Shown: piece after piece, positions 1 to 9,801 of the stretch
How the letters are laid out: every line of letters begins with the position of its first letter
How positions within the stretch are numbered: the first letter of the stretch is position 1
Assembly (NCBI GenBank): GCA_000431235.1
Contig: HF988734.1
Coordinates: 72,647-136,646 of the forward strand
Length of the DNA: 64,000 nt
Reading direction: 5' to 3'
DNA from: Coprobacillus sp. CAG:698
GTDB lineage: Bacteria; Bacillota_I; Bacilli_A; ML615J-28; CAG-698
Notes under the pieces: generated by a model
What the model was told of the DNA's origin: nothing
Database searches by the model: none
Seen by the model: only the letters and a program-made list of their open reading frames with translations
Made by a program: the position numbers and the translations under genes

Positions 1-1323
1 AAACCAGAAGAAAAGATATATCAAAATTATATTTTGAAGAAATGTTTAACACTTCAAGAAATAAAAGATGAAGTGTTTAGCAAAGTAATAGATAATGAAT
101 TAGAATACTTAATGTTTGTTGAGATGAACTTATCCCAAGTTTTATCAAAGATGGAATATGATGGACTAAAAGTGGATTTAAACAAATTAGAAAAGATAGG
201 CAAAGATTTTACTGAAAAAGCTTTACAAAAAGAAGAAAGAATCTATGAACTTGCTCATGAAAAATTTAATCTTAATTCCCCAAAACAACTGGGAGAAGTA
301 TTATTTGATAAATTACAAATACCTTATGTGAAGGGAAAGAAAAAAGGGCATAACGGATATAGCACTAGTGCCGATATATTAGAAAAACTAAGTAAAGATT
401 ATGAAATTGTTCAAGAAATATTAGATTATAGAGCCTTAGCAAAACTTAATAACACTTATGTTAATGGCTTAAAAGATGTATGTGTAAACACTTATATCCA
501 TCCATTATATAAACAAGCCCTTACCAATACAGGAAGGCTTTCAAGTATAGAACCAAATATTCAAAATATGCCTATAAGAACAGAATTAGGACAAGTTATT
601 CGTGAAGTGTTTGTTTCAAGATTTACTGAAGGAATAATTTTAAGTGCAGACTATTCACAAATAGAATTAAGAATTCTTGCACATATGTCTAGAGATAAAA
701 AAATGATAAGTGCATTTAATAGTCATACAGATTTTCATACGCAAACAGCTAGTCAAATTTATGATATTGATGTGAAAGATGTAACAAAAGAAATGCGCCG
801 AACAGCAAAAGCTATAAACTTTGGTATAATATATGGTATGAGTCCTTGGGGATTAAGCGAGAGCTTAGGAATAACTCCTATGGAAGCTAATATATTTATA
901 AATAAGTATTTTTATAATTATCCATATGCGAAAAACTGCTTAGATGATTTCATTAAATATGCCAAAGAAAATGGATATTCAAAAACTTTATATGGACGAA
1001 GAAGATATATTCAAGAATTAAGCAGTTCAAATAACAACTTAAGACAGTTCGGAGAAAGAACAGCAATGAATTCACCTATTCAAGGAACGGCAGCTGACAT
1101 TATAAAGATCGCTATGAATAAAGTTAGTGAAGCTATAAAGCGTAAAAACTTGAAATCAATAATGATAGCTCAGGTACATGATGAATTAGTTTTTGATTGC
1201 CCAAAAGAAGAAATCGAAATAATGAAACAATTAGTCAAAGAAGAAATGGAAAATGCTGTGAAACTAGAAGTCCCACTTGAAGTGGGAATAGCATCTGGAA
1301 AGAACTGGTTTGAAGCAAAATAA
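1..1323 (+). CDS. polA: DNA polymerase I, C-terminal polymerase (family A) domain; 5' end lies outside the window
   Basis: ORF open from base 1 in this frame. Motifs of the Pol I palm and fingers are present (LSADYSQIELRILAHMS, RRTAKAINFGIIYG, QVHDELVF). Ends with TAA at 1323. Confidence 0.9.
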   Translation, partial: KPEEKIYQNYILKKCLTLQEIKDEVFSKVIDNELEYLMFVEMNLSQVLSKMEYDGLKVDLNKLEKIGKDFTEKALQKEERIYELAHEKFNLNSPKQLGEVLFDKLQIPYVKGKKKGHNGYSTSADILEKLSKDYEIVQEILDYRALAKLNNTYVNGLKDVCVNTYIHPLYKQALTNTGRLSSIEPNIQNMPIRTELGQVIREVFVSRFTEGIILSADYSQIELRILAHMSRDKKMISAFNSHTDFHTQTASQIYDIDVKDVTKEMRRTAKAINFGIIYGMSPWGLSESLGITPMEANIFINKYFYNYPYAKNCLDDFIKYAKENGYSKTLYGRRRYIQELSSSNNNLRQFGERTAMNSPIQGTAADIIKIAMNKVSEAIKRKNLKSIMIAQVHDELVFDCPKEEIEIMKQLVKEEMENAVKLEVPLEVGIASGKNWFEAK

Positions 1324-1335
1324 AGGAGAATAATT

Positions 1336-2718
1336 ATGCCTGAATTACCAGAAGTCGAAACCGTAAAAAATAGTTTAAAAGATTTAATTATAGGCGAAGA
1401 AATAAAAGACGTTAAAGTATATTATGATAAAATACTTAAGAACATTTCTAAAGATGATTTTGAAAACTCTCTCAAAGGTGAGCACTTTCTTGACATTCAG
1501 AGAAAAGGTAAATTTTTAATATTTATACTAGATCATTATATTATGGTTTCCCACTTGCGAATGGAAGGTAAATACCTTCTTCATAAAGATGAACCAATAA
1601 ATAAACATGAACATATCATATATGCTTTCAAAGATGGAAAAACCTTAAGATATGTAGACACAAGAAAATTCGGAGTTGTTTATTTGTTTAAAGAAACAAA
1701 CGTTGAAAAGGTCAAAGAAATGTACCCATTAAATACCCTAGGAATCGAACCTATTAGTAATTTGCTAACAGCTCAATACTTACAAAGCAAGATGGGGAAA
1801 AGTAACAAACCAATAAAAACCTTACTTCTTGATCAAACAATAATATCAGGTCTAGGTAACATTTACGCTGATGAAGTATGTTTTATGTGTAAATTAAACC
1901 CTCATGAAATTGGTAAAAACTTAAGTACGATTGATTTTGAAAATATTTGTGTAAATTCAAAAATAGTTTTAGAGAAAGCAATTAAACTTGGGGGAACAAC
2001 AATAAGAAGCTTTATGTCAAGCCATGAAATTACAGGTAAGTTTCAAAATGAACTCTTGGTGCATACTAAAACTAATTGCCCAATTTGCCAAAGCAAGATA
2101 AAAAAAGTATATATTGGTGGCCGTGGAACATACTATTGCCCAAACTGTCAAAAAGTTAAAAGGATGCTTATTGGCATAACAGGAGGCATAGCTTGTGGGA
2201 AAAGTGAGGTCATGAAGTATTTAAATGATAATAAATATAAAACATTTAATTGTGATGAATATTCTCATAGTTTACTTTTAGAAAGTAAAGTAAAGAATGA
2301 AATAGTAAAGACTTTTGGAGAAGAAGTTTTAGAAGGAAATGTTATAAATCGTCACAAATTAGCAGACCTAATATTTAATAATAATGCTAATAAACAAAAA
2401 CTAGAAGCAATAATACATCCTTTAGTAATTAATAAAATAAAAGAACTTAATGGACTAGTATTTGTGGAAGTACCTTTACTTTTTGAAGCCAACATGGTAA
2501 AGATATTTCAAAAAATAATATGTATTTCTTCTAGTAGAAATGTTGAAATAGATAGACTTATGAAAAGAAATAACCTTTCTCTTACAGAAGCTGAAAAAAG
2601 AATAAATGCGCAAATGGACCTTTTAGAAAAGGAAAAGAGATCGGATTATGTAATAAATAATAATACAGATATAGTGAGTTTATATAAACAAATTGAAGAT
2701 TTCCTAAAAACAATTTAA
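1336..2718 (+). CDS. mutM-coaE: Formamidopyrimidine-DNA glycosylase (Fpg/MutM) fused in-frame to dephospho-CoA kinase (CoaE)
   Basis: N-terminus is MPELPEVETV (catalytic Pro2/Glu3). It has a C4 zinc finger CPICQ...YYCPNCQK typical of the Fpg C-terminus. The frame then continues without a stop into MLIGITGGIACGKSEV, a CoaE P-loop. An internal ATG at 2173 is preceded by AAAGGA. Confidence 0.8.
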   Translation: MPELPEVETVKNSLKDLIIGEEIKDVKVYYDKILKNISKDDFENSLKGEHFLDIQRKGKFLIFILDHYIMVSHLRMEGKYLLHKDEPINKHEHIIYAFKDGKTLRYVDTRKFGVVYLFKETNVEKVKEMYPLNTLGIEPISNLLTAQYLQSKMGKSNKPIKTLLLDQTIISGLGNIYADEVCFMCKLNPHEIGKNLSTIDFENICVNSKIVLEKAIKLGGTTIRSFMSSHEITGKFQNELLVHTKTNCPICQSKIKKVYIGGRGTYYCPNCQKVKRMLIGITGGIACGKSEVMKYLNDNKYKTFNCDEYSHSLLLESKVKNEIVKTFGEEVLEGNVINRHKLADLIFNNNANKQKLEAIIHPLVINKIKELNGLVFVEVPLLFEANMVKIFQKIICISSSRNVEIDRLMKRNNLSLTEAEKRINAQMDLLEKEKRSDYVINNNTDIVSLYKQIEDFLKTI

Positions 2719-2725
2719 AATAAAA

Positions 2726-2755
2726 ATTGTAAATATACTATTATTGTAGTATAAT
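2726..2755 (+). promoter_or_regulatory. Sigma-A-like promoter (TTGTAA-N17-TATAAT) for the 121-aa gene
   Basis: ttgtaa atatactattattgtag tataat, followed by a strong RBS AAAGGAGG. Confidence 0.4.
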
Positions 2756-2790
2756 TAAACAAAAGTTAAAAAAACTAAAGGAGGATTAGT

Positions 2791-3156
2791 ATGAAGTTTT
2801 CAGATTATTTTTCAAACAACTTTGAAACTAAAGAAGATCATATGTATGAAACATTGAGAACACATTATTATCGTGCTCGTCTTGAAGAAGCTAAAAAAGA
2901 AGTGTTAGATCTAATTGAACGAGAAAAAGGTAAAATAATTGATGATAATGAAAAATATTCAGAAATTTATTATGAAACTCCAAGTTATAATTGTACAGTA
3001 ACACTTATTGCTACAACGCCAGTTGAAATTGCTATTGATTTTCGCGTTACAACGTATAATTTTATTTCATTTGGGAAAGGGAAAAAAGTGATTGAAAACC
3101 TTTATAAAGATTTAGACAGTAAATTATCTTATAAAGGGATATCACTTTACAAATAG
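2791..3156 (+). CDS. Hypothetical protein (121 aa)
   Basis: Strong RBS AAAGGAGG 7 nt upstream and its own promoter. No family recognised. It sits where nrdR or other genes lie in B. subtilis but is not NrdR-like. Confidence 0.5.
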   Translation: MKFSDYFSNNFETKEDHMYETLRTHYYRARLEEAKKEVLDLIEREKGKIIDDNEKYSEIYYETPSYNCTVTLIATTPVEIAIDFRVTTYNFISFGKGKKVIENLYKDLDSKLSYKGISLYK

Positions 3157-3158
3157 TA

Positions 3159-4382
3159 ATGATTACAATAAATGATAAAATACAAGTAAGAAAAATCCAA
3201 ATTGGTGGCGAAGATCTATTTGTTCTTACAAATTTATATATGCCAATAATGGGAATCGATAGCTTTGGATTATATATTTTCTTAAATAACTCAGAAGAAG
3301 AAATATATGTTCGAACGATATTAGATTTTCTTCATTTTGAAAATGTTGGAGTTTTGGAATACTCTTTAAACAAGTTAGAAGCTTTAGGGTTAGTTAATAA
3401 ATATCAAAGCAAAACAAAAGGATATTTGTATAGTTTCATAAGACCTGTAAGCAAAGAATCATTTAAGAATAATTCATTACTTGCTAATATGTTGATTTCA
3501 AATATTGGTGAAGTAGCCTTTACAAATCTTGTGAAAGAGGATAACTTAAAAGGATATAATTTAGAAACTAAAAGATTTGATGAAGTCTTTAAAAATAAAG
3601 GAACCATAAATAAAGTATTTGAAGCTAATGTTCCTAAAGAAATTAAAGATAATATAATTGTCAAGAATGAAAAATTTGATTATGTTGTTTTTAAAATGCT
3701 ATTTGACGATAATGAAATTGACAAAGATTTATTAAATGATTCAAATTTTGAAAAAGAAATATTAAAAATAAGTTATCAATATTCTTTAAACGAAGAAGAA
3801 ATGAAAGATGCTGTCATTAAGTCAATCAAACAAAATCATGATTTAAGATTTGAAGATATTAGGCAAAGAGCTGGATACATATATCAAAGCAAAGCCCCTG
3901 AGGCAGTACTATTCAAGGAGAAAAAGCCAGAAGAATATATTGTTGATCTAACAAGTGATGAAAATCAAATTTTAAAATGGGCGACAACGAAATCGATAAG
4001 TGATATGCTAGCAATGTTTAGTGGCGGCAAGGGATCACTTGCTGATATTCGTGACTTCACAAAGTTATGTGATGTAACTGGTCTACCTGTGGAAGTTATA
4101 AATGTATTAATTTTTCATTTGTGCGGAATAAAAGGTGGCGAAGGACTTTCGTTTAATTATCTAGAAAAAGTTGCTCGTAACTGGATTAAAGCTGGTATAA
4201 TAACTGCTAAAGATGCTCTTATCTTTATAAGAGAAAAGAAAGAAACAAAAGAAGAAGTCAAAAAAGGACGTAAATCTGTCGCTGCTGTTCCAGATTGGAT
4301 GAAAGAAAAGAAAGAAGTTAAAGAAGAAAAGAACTTCACAGACGATGAAGCAAAAGAACTTTTAAAGAAGGTGTTTGGATAA
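3159..4382 (+). CDS. dnaB: Replication initiation/membrane attachment protein DnaB-like (DnaD-domain protein)
   Basis: Lies immediately upstream of and overlapping dnaI, as in Bacilli. Has a Lys/Glu-rich C-terminus. Called by synteny plus weak DnaD-like similarity. Confidence 0.55.
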   Translation: MITINDKIQVRKIQIGGEDLFVLTNLYMPIMGIDSFGLYIFLNNSEEEIYVRTILDFLHFENVGVLEYSLNKLEALGLVNKYQSKTKGYLYSFIRPVSKESFKNNSLLANMLISNIGEVAFTNLVKEDNLKGYNLETKRFDEVFKNKGTINKVFEANVPKEIKDNIIVKNEKFDYVVFKMLFDDNEIDKDLLNDSNFEKEILKISYQYSLNEEEMKDAVIKSIKQNHDLRFEDIRQRAGYIYQSKAPEAVLFKEKKPEEYIVDLTSDENQILKWATTKSISDMLAMFSGGKGSLADIRDFTKLCDVTGLPVEVINVLIFHLCGIKGGEGLSFNYLEKVARNWIKAGIITAKDALIFIREKKETKEEVKKGRKSVAAVPDWMKEKKEVKEEKNFTDDEAKELLKKVFG

Positions 4383-4383
4383 T

Positions 4384-5217
4384 ATGAATGATAATATTAT
4401 AAATTATTTATATAGCTGTCAAGAGATAAAAGATTTCTGTAAGAAATATAAGCTTTCTAAAGAAGTAGTGTTAAGTAATTTTGCACAGTTTTCATCATAT
4501 AAAGATAGCGTTGAAGCTTGCAAGAAGTGTGATGGTAAAAAATGCTTATCGAAAACTAAAAATACTAAGATTGAACTTGAATATAAAAATGGGAAAGTAA
4601 TCAGTAATTTGTATAATTGCCCAATAATTGCTAGTGTTAATGCAAATAATTTTGAAGTTCTAAATTATACACAAAAAGATATAGAATTAGAAATGACGAC
4701 ACCAAGATATAATCTATTAACTTTCTTAAATAAGTTTATGGATGATTATTTCTCAAATAAAAATCCTAAAGGAATTTATCTATGGGGACCTTGTGGGAGT
4801 GGAAAAAGTTTTCTACTATATAAGTTCTCACAAACATTAGTAGGTAAAGGAGCTAAAGTTCTTTTTGCTTACTACCCAGATCTCGTTCGTGAATTGCAAT
4901 CTTCGTTTGGAACAACTTATCAGGAAAAACTTATTCTTCGTTTAAAACAAACTGATATTGTTGTTATCGATGACATAGGTCGCGAAGCAAACACACAATA
5001 CATAAGAGATGAAGTTTTAGGACCTATTTTACAATATCGTGTTGATAATAATTTACCAATGTTTATGTCTTCAAATAGAAACTTTGAAATGATTGAAAAG
5101 CATTTAAGCGAAACCAATACGACTATTGACTTGGTAAAAGCTCGTGCACTTGTTGAGAGGTTAAAATTCTTAATGAAAGAATATGAACTAAATGACAAAG
5201 ATTTTCGAAATAATTAG
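4384..5217 (+). CDS. dnaI: Primosomal helicase loader DnaI
   Basis: N-terminal Cys cluster (CKKCDGKKC) forms the zinc-binding domain. AAA+ Walker A is GPCGSGKSF and Walker B is IVVIDDIG. The start overlaps the dnaB stop. Confidence 0.8.
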   Translation: MNDNIINYLYSCQEIKDFCKKYKLSKEVVLSNFAQFSSYKDSVEACKKCDGKKCLSKTKNTKIELEYKNGKVISNLYNCPIIASVNANNFEVLNYTQKDIELEMTTPRYNLLTFLNKFMDDYFSNKNPKGIYLWGPCGSGKSFLLYKFSQTLVGKGAKVLFAYYPDLVRELQSSFGTTYQEKLILRLKQTDIVVIDDIGREANTQYIRDEVLGPILQYRVDNNLPMFMSSNRNFEMIEKHLSETNTTIDLVKARALVERLKFLMKEYELNDKDFRNN

Positions 5218-5236
5218 TTAAAAATCAATTTAAGTC

Positions 5237-5265
5237 TTTGCATTTTTATAATAAAGGTGTATAAT
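5237..5265 (+). promoter_or_regulatory. Sigma-A-like promoter (TTTGCA-N17-TATAAT) driving the T-box leader
   Basis: tttgca tttttataataaaggtg tataat. Confidence 0.4.
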
Positions 5266-5271
5266 AATACT

Positions 5272-5525
5272 ATCTGAAAATGTTGATAATGAATATGATT
5301 ACTAGATGGTAATATATAGAGATGTACTGATGGTGGAAATGTACAAATTATATTTAGTAGTTACTCTCATTGGAATGGCTTTAATAGAGCCCGCTTGGAG
5401 CGTTATAACTATGAAGATGCATTCATAAAGTTTTATGAATGAATAAAGGTGGTACCGCGGTAATTTCGTCCTTTTGTTAGTTAGAATCAATTTGATACTA
5501 ATTTACAAAGGACTTTTATTTTGCT
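5272..5525 (+). ncRNA. T-box leader (tRNA-sensing riboswitch) with terminator/antiterminator, upstream of NUDIX-thrS
   Basis: Conserved T-box sequence AAUAAAGGUGGUACCGCGG at about 5444-5462. AGAGA (stem I) motif at about 5317. Terminator stem GTCCTTT...AAAGGAC followed by TTTTATTTT at about 5468-5521. Confidence 0.6.
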
Positions 5526-5548
5526 CCCCTAATAAAGGAAGGTAAAAC

Positions 5549-6040
5549 ATGGAGATAATAAAAATAATTGGTGAGAACTATTTAGGTTCTTGGCATAAAC
5601 AGAGAACAAGCTGTCGAACCTTAGTTATTAAGGATGGGAAAGTATTACTAACATTTGAAAAGAATATTTGTCAGTATATGATTCCCGGAGGAGGAAAAGA
5701 ATCTGATGAAAGCGATACTGAGTGCGCCGAAAGAGAAGTTTCTGAAGAAACAGGATACATTGTAAAAACATCAGAATGTGTGCTTGAGATTGATGAATAT
5801 TATGAGGATAGTAAATATTTTAATAAATATTATCTAGGCACAGTAGTTGGGCAAACGTCTACACATCTAACTCAAAGAGAAAAAGAAAATGGAGCTGAAC
5901 CTGTCTGGGTAGATATTGATACAGCAATAAACATTTTTTCGGAGTACGAAAAATATGAAGATTCTAATGAAATGAAGCGTGGCTTATATTTAAGAGAATA
6001 TACAGCCCTTTGTAAAATATTAAAAAATAATAAAATATAA
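5549..6040 (+). CDS. NUDIX hydrolase
   Basis: Nudix box GG(x5)E(x7)REVSEETG is present. RBS AAAGGAAGG. Confidence 0.75.
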   Translation: MEIIKIIGENYLGSWHKQRTSCRTLVIKDGKVLLTFEKNICQYMIPGGGKESDESDTECAEREVSEETGYIVKTSECVLEIDEYYEDSKYFNKYYLGTVVGQTSTHLTQREKENGAEPVWVDIDTAINIFSEYEKYEDSNEMKRGLYLREYTALCKILKNNKI

Positions 6041-6065
6041 ATAAATTATAGGAAGGTACATTATT

Positions 6066-7979
6066 ATGAAAATTAAATTTTTAGACGGAAGCGTAAAAGA
6101 ATTTGAAAATGGAATGAGTGCAGGGAAAATAGCAATGGCTATTTCCCCAAGTTTAGCTAAAAAAAGTGTGGTTGCTAAAGTTAATGGAGTATTAGTTGAT
6201 TTAGATAAACCAATCAATGAAGATAGCGAATTAGAATTAGTTTTAAAAGAAAGTAGTGAAGCATATGCTGTTTTAAATCATTCATGTAGTCATTTACTTG
6301 CTTCAGCAATTCACAAATTATATCCAAAAGCAATGTTTGGAGTAGGACCTAATATTGAAGAAGGTTTCTATTATGATATAAACCCAGGCGAAGGAATTAC
6401 AATTACAGAAGCAGATTTTTCAAAAATTGAAAAAGAAATGCAAAGATTAGTAGCAGCAGATTTAAAATTTGAACGTAAAGAAGTATCAAAAGAAGAAGCT
6501 CTAAAAATGTTTGCAAACGATAAATATAAAACAGAACTAATTAATGAATTACCAGAAGGCGAAATAATCTCGGTTTATACTGATGGTGATTATAGTGATT
6601 TCTGCAGAGGTCCTCATGTTCCATCAACAAAATATTTGAAAAACTTCAAATTACTTGCTGTAAGTGGTGCATATTGGCGTGGCGATAGCAAAAATGAACA
6701 ATTACAAAGAATTTATGGTACATGTTTCTTTACACCAGAAGAATTAACTAAACATCTAGAAATTCTAAAAGAACGTGAAGCACGTGATCATCGTAAACTA
6801 GGAAAAGAATTAGAATTGTTTATGCTTTCTGAATATGGTCCTGGTTTCCCATTCTGGTTACCAAAAGGAATGATTCTTCGCCGTACTCTAGAAAACTATT
6901 GGGTAAAAATCCATTTACGTGAAGGATATCAATTAATTCAAACACCTATTATGTTAAACAAAGAATTATGGGAAATATCTGGTCACTGGGCAAATTATCG
7001 TGAAAATATGTATACTTCAACAATCGATGGTCATGAATTTGCAATCAAACCAATGAATTGTCCTGGTGGTATGCTAGTTTATAAGAACAGTTTACATTCA
7101 TATAAAAACTTCCCACTAAAAGTTGGTGAGTTAGGTCTAGTACACCGTCATGAGGCCAGTGGAGCTTTAAATGGTTTATTTAGAGTTCGTAACTTTACTC
7201 AAGATGATGCTCACATCTTTATGTGCGAAAGTCAAATCGTAACAGAAGTTGGAAAACTAATCAAACTATTTGATGAAATTTATTCAACATTTGGTTTAGA
7301 GTATAGTATTGTTCTCTCAACAAGACCTGAAAACAAGTACATAGGTAAAATTGAAACATGGAATATTGCTGAAAAAGCTCTTGCTGATGCTTGTACTTCT
7401 GTAGGCAGAGAGTTCAAAATAAATCCTGGAGATGGCGCATTCTATGGACCTAAACTAGACTTTAAATTAAGAGATTCAATGAATCGTGTATGGCAATGTG
7501 GAACAATCCAATTAGATATGCAATTACCTGAAAGATTCGATTTAACATATATCGATGAAAAAGGTGAAAAAGCTCGTCCAGTAATGCTTCATCGTGCTAT
7601 ATTTGGTTCACTAGAAAGATTTATTGGTATTATTACTGAACACTTTGGTGGAGCTTTCCCAACATGGCTTGCTCCTGTTCAAGTTAAATTAATTCCAGTT
7701 AATAACCAATATCATTTAGACTATGTTAATAAACTAAAAGATTTATTCTTTGCAGAAGATATTAGAGTTGAAGTTGATGATCGTGAAGAAAAATTAGGAT
7801 ATAAAATTCGTGAAGCTCAAACAAAGAAAATACCTTATCAATTAGTAATTGGCGACAAAGAAGTAAGTGAAGAAAGAATCACTTATCGTCGATATGGTCA
7901 AGATGCCCAAGTAAATGTATCAGTTGATGAATTCTTACAAATGATAAAAGAAGAAATTAGAACAATGAAAAGGTTATAA
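6066..7979 (+). CDS. thrS: Threonyl-tRNA synthetase
   Basis: Full-length ThrRS (637 aa): TGS domain, editing domain, class II core motifs and anticodon-binding domain. RBS AGGAAGG. Confidence 0.95.
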   Translation: MKIKFLDGSVKEFENGMSAGKIAMAISPSLAKKSVVAKVNGVLVDLDKPINEDSELELVLKESSEAYAVLNHSCSHLLASAIHKLYPKAMFGVGPNIEEGFYYDINPGEGITITEADFSKIEKEMQRLVAADLKFERKEVSKEEALKMFANDKYKTELINELPEGEIISVYTDGDYSDFCRGPHVPSTKYLKNFKLLAVSGAYWRGDSKNEQLQRIYGTCFFTPEELTKHLEILKEREARDHRKLGKELELFMLSEYGPGFPFWLPKGMILRRTLENYWVKIHLREGYQLIQTPIMLNKELWEISGHWANYRENMYTSTIDGHEFAIKPMNCPGGMLVYKNSLHSYKNFPLKVGELGLVHRHEASGALNGLFRVRNFTQDDAHIFMCESQIVTEVGKLIKLFDEIYSTFGLEYSIVLSTRPENKYIGKIETWNIAEKALADACTSVGREFKINPGDGAFYGPKLDFKLRDSMNRVWQCGTIQLDMQLPERFDLTYIDEKGEKARPVMLHRAIFGSLERFIGIITEHFGGAFPTWLAPVQVKLIPVNNQYHLDYVNKLKDLFFAEDIRVEVDDREEKLGYKIREAQTKKIPYQLVIGDKEVSEERITYRRYGQDAQVNVSVDEFLQMIKEEIRTMKRL

Positions 7980-7991
7980 GAGGGGTTATAA

Positions 7992-8828
7992 ATGGATTTA
8001 GTAAAAAGATATCGCTATTTATTCTTTCTAATAGGAGCATTAATTTTACTTGTAATTGGTTCATTATTTGGTATGTTTCCTGTATGTCTAATAGCATATA
8101 AAAAATTTGGCTATAGTTTGCAATTTACGCAAAAAATACTGGTCTTATTTTCAAACTATTATAGTACAGAAATATTTGAAAATGGTCAAACATACGCTCA
8201 GTTTGCAAGTGAGTATTTTACCCTCAATCCAGACTATTTTAATGCTGCTAAACATTTATCTGCTTTACTTCAGTTATTCTCGTATGCTCCGCTTGTTATC
8301 TTTATAGGTGTTTTCTTGTGGAAAGATCTATTAGAAGATGCCAAAAAAATGAAAAGTGAGTTTGGAAGAAACATGCTGATTGTTTTAATAGGTTTCATCT
8401 CGATGCTTGCTCTTTCATATATGGTAAATATAATTTATGCAATTCTTGGAGATAGTGGAACAAGTGTTAATGAAAGTACACTTCAATTGATGATGCAATC
8501 AACGGGTAAATGGTATTTATTAATAGCAGTTGTTATATTTGCTCCAATATGTGAAGAAATAGTATTTAGAAAACTAATAATAGATACATTTGAAAAATCA
8601 TTCAAACTAAATTCTACTATTGCTATTTGTGTTTCCGCATTTATTTTCGCTTTTATTCACGTTACTGATTGCCAAAGTTTCGTATATATCTTTCAGTATC
8701 TAGCCCTCGCCTTTCCTCTTTGTTTAGTTTATCATTTTTCAAAAAACAACATATATGTGTCAATAAGTGTTCATATGTTAAATAATTTATTAGTGGGCAT
8801 TATGTATCTAGTACAATATGGAATCTAA
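7992..8828 (+). CDS. CPBP family intramembrane glutamic endopeptidase (CAAX protease/Abi family)
   Basis: Multi-TM protein with the CPBP motifs EEIVFR, FxxxH (FAFIHV) and a distal H (HMLNN). Confidence 0.7.
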   Translation: MDLVKRYRYLFFLIGALILLVIGSLFGMFPVCLIAYKKFGYSLQFTQKILVLFSNYYSTEIFENGQTYAQFASEYFTLNPDYFNAAKHLSALLQLFSYAPLVIFIGVFLWKDLLEDAKKMKSEFGRNMLIVLIGFISMLALSYMVNIIYAILGDSGTSVNESTLQLMMQSTGKWYLLIAVVIFAPICEEIVFRKLIIDTFEKSFKLNSTIAICVSAFIFAFIHVTDCQSFVYIFQYLALAFPLCLVYHFSKNNIYVSISVHMLNNLLVGIMYLVQYGI

Positions 8829-9738
8829 CGAATATAATAAGTTAATAAAAAAAGCACAAGAGTACGCTGAAAAAGAAGATTACTTAGAAGCAATTGCTAT
8901 ATATAAAATGGCATTTAAATATGAAATACATTCAAATGATTATGCTGATTTAATATATTATTATTTAAGAGCTGATAAGTTAGAAGAAGCTTTAGTGACT
9001 ATAAAGGACTATCTTAAGTTAACTCATGGTGAATATTTAGGATATTACTATTATGGTGAATACTATGCTAAACAAAATGATTATAAAAATGCAATAAAGA
9101 AGTATAAAATAGCTTTACGCAAAGGCTTATGGGAAGTAAACTATAGAATAGGATTTTGTTATCAAGAACTTAGTGAAAATAACCAAAAGTATTTAAACAA
9201 AGCTCTTAAGTATTATAAGAATGTTATAAAAAGAAGTGGCTATGACTATGATACTTATTTCAATATATCTTTAGTTTATGAGCGAAAGAAAAAAATAAAA
9301 AAGGCTTTATCATATGCTTTAACAGCATATTCAAATAATAAAGAATATCCAGATATTGCTTTTAATATTGGAAATCTATATGCAAGACTTAAAGAATATG
9401 AAAATATGGAAAAGTATTACTTATTAGAAATTGCTAATGCTAATCCTAACTATAGAGCCTTTTATAACTTAGCTCTTTATTACAAAGAAATAAAAGAATA
9501 TGAGAAAGCTCAAGAATATTACATCAAAGGATTAGGCTACTGTAAAGATGATTATCGTATATGGTATAATCTTGGATGTTTATATTCAATTATGGAAAAA
9601 TATAAAAAAGCATCTGATTGTTTTTATAGTTCATATTTATTGAATGATAAAACTATTGACTATATAATAGCAGATGATGAAACACAAGAGTTTATTAAAT
9701 CTTCAGAGTTTGAAGACTTGAAACATAAAACAAAATAA
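8818..9738 (+). CDS. Tetratricopeptide (TPR) repeat protein
   Basis: Repeated A/Y-rich ~34-aa TPR-like units (YYxxGxYYxKQxxYxxAIKxY...). Overlaps the upstream gene by 11 nt. Confidence 0.55.
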   Translation: MESNEYNKLIKKAQEYAEKEDYLEAIAIYKMAFKYEIHSNDYADLIYYYLRADKLEEALVTIKDYLKLTHGEYLGYYYYGEYYAKQNDYKNAIKKYKIALRKGLWEVNYRIGFCYQELSENNQKYLNKALKYYKNVIKRSGYDYDTYFNISLVYERKKKIKKALSYALTAYSNNKEYPDIAFNIGNLYARLKEYENMEKYYLLEIANANPNYRAFYNLALYYKEIKEYEKAQEYYIKGLGYCKDDYRIWYNLGCLYSIMEKYKKASDCFYSSYLLNDKTIDYIIADDETQEFIKSSEFEDLKHKTK

Positions 9739-9762
9739 AGGCGTTATCAGCGCCTTTTTAGT
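9736..9762. terminator. Bidirectional intrinsic terminator between convergent genes
   Basis: AAGGCG-ttatcag-CGCCTT followed by TTTT. Confidence 0.5.
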
Positions 9763-9801
9763 TTGTATATATAGTTAATTGGTAGTCGTTATTTAAAGGT
9801 G

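Noticed and set aside
3404-5198. Minus-strand ORFs 3404-3664, 4157-4339 and 4920-5198 inside dnaB/dnaI
   Set aside because: Antisense to well-supported genes, low-complexity hydrophobic translations, no RBS.
5302-5490. 62-aa minus-strand ORF
   Set aside because: Lies within the T-box leader region, so the structured RNA on the plus strand explains the conservation. No RBS.
8107-8307. 66-aa ORF in alternate frame of the CPBP gene
   Set aside because: Same-strand overlapping frame inside a confidently called membrane-protein gene. Likely a frame artefact.
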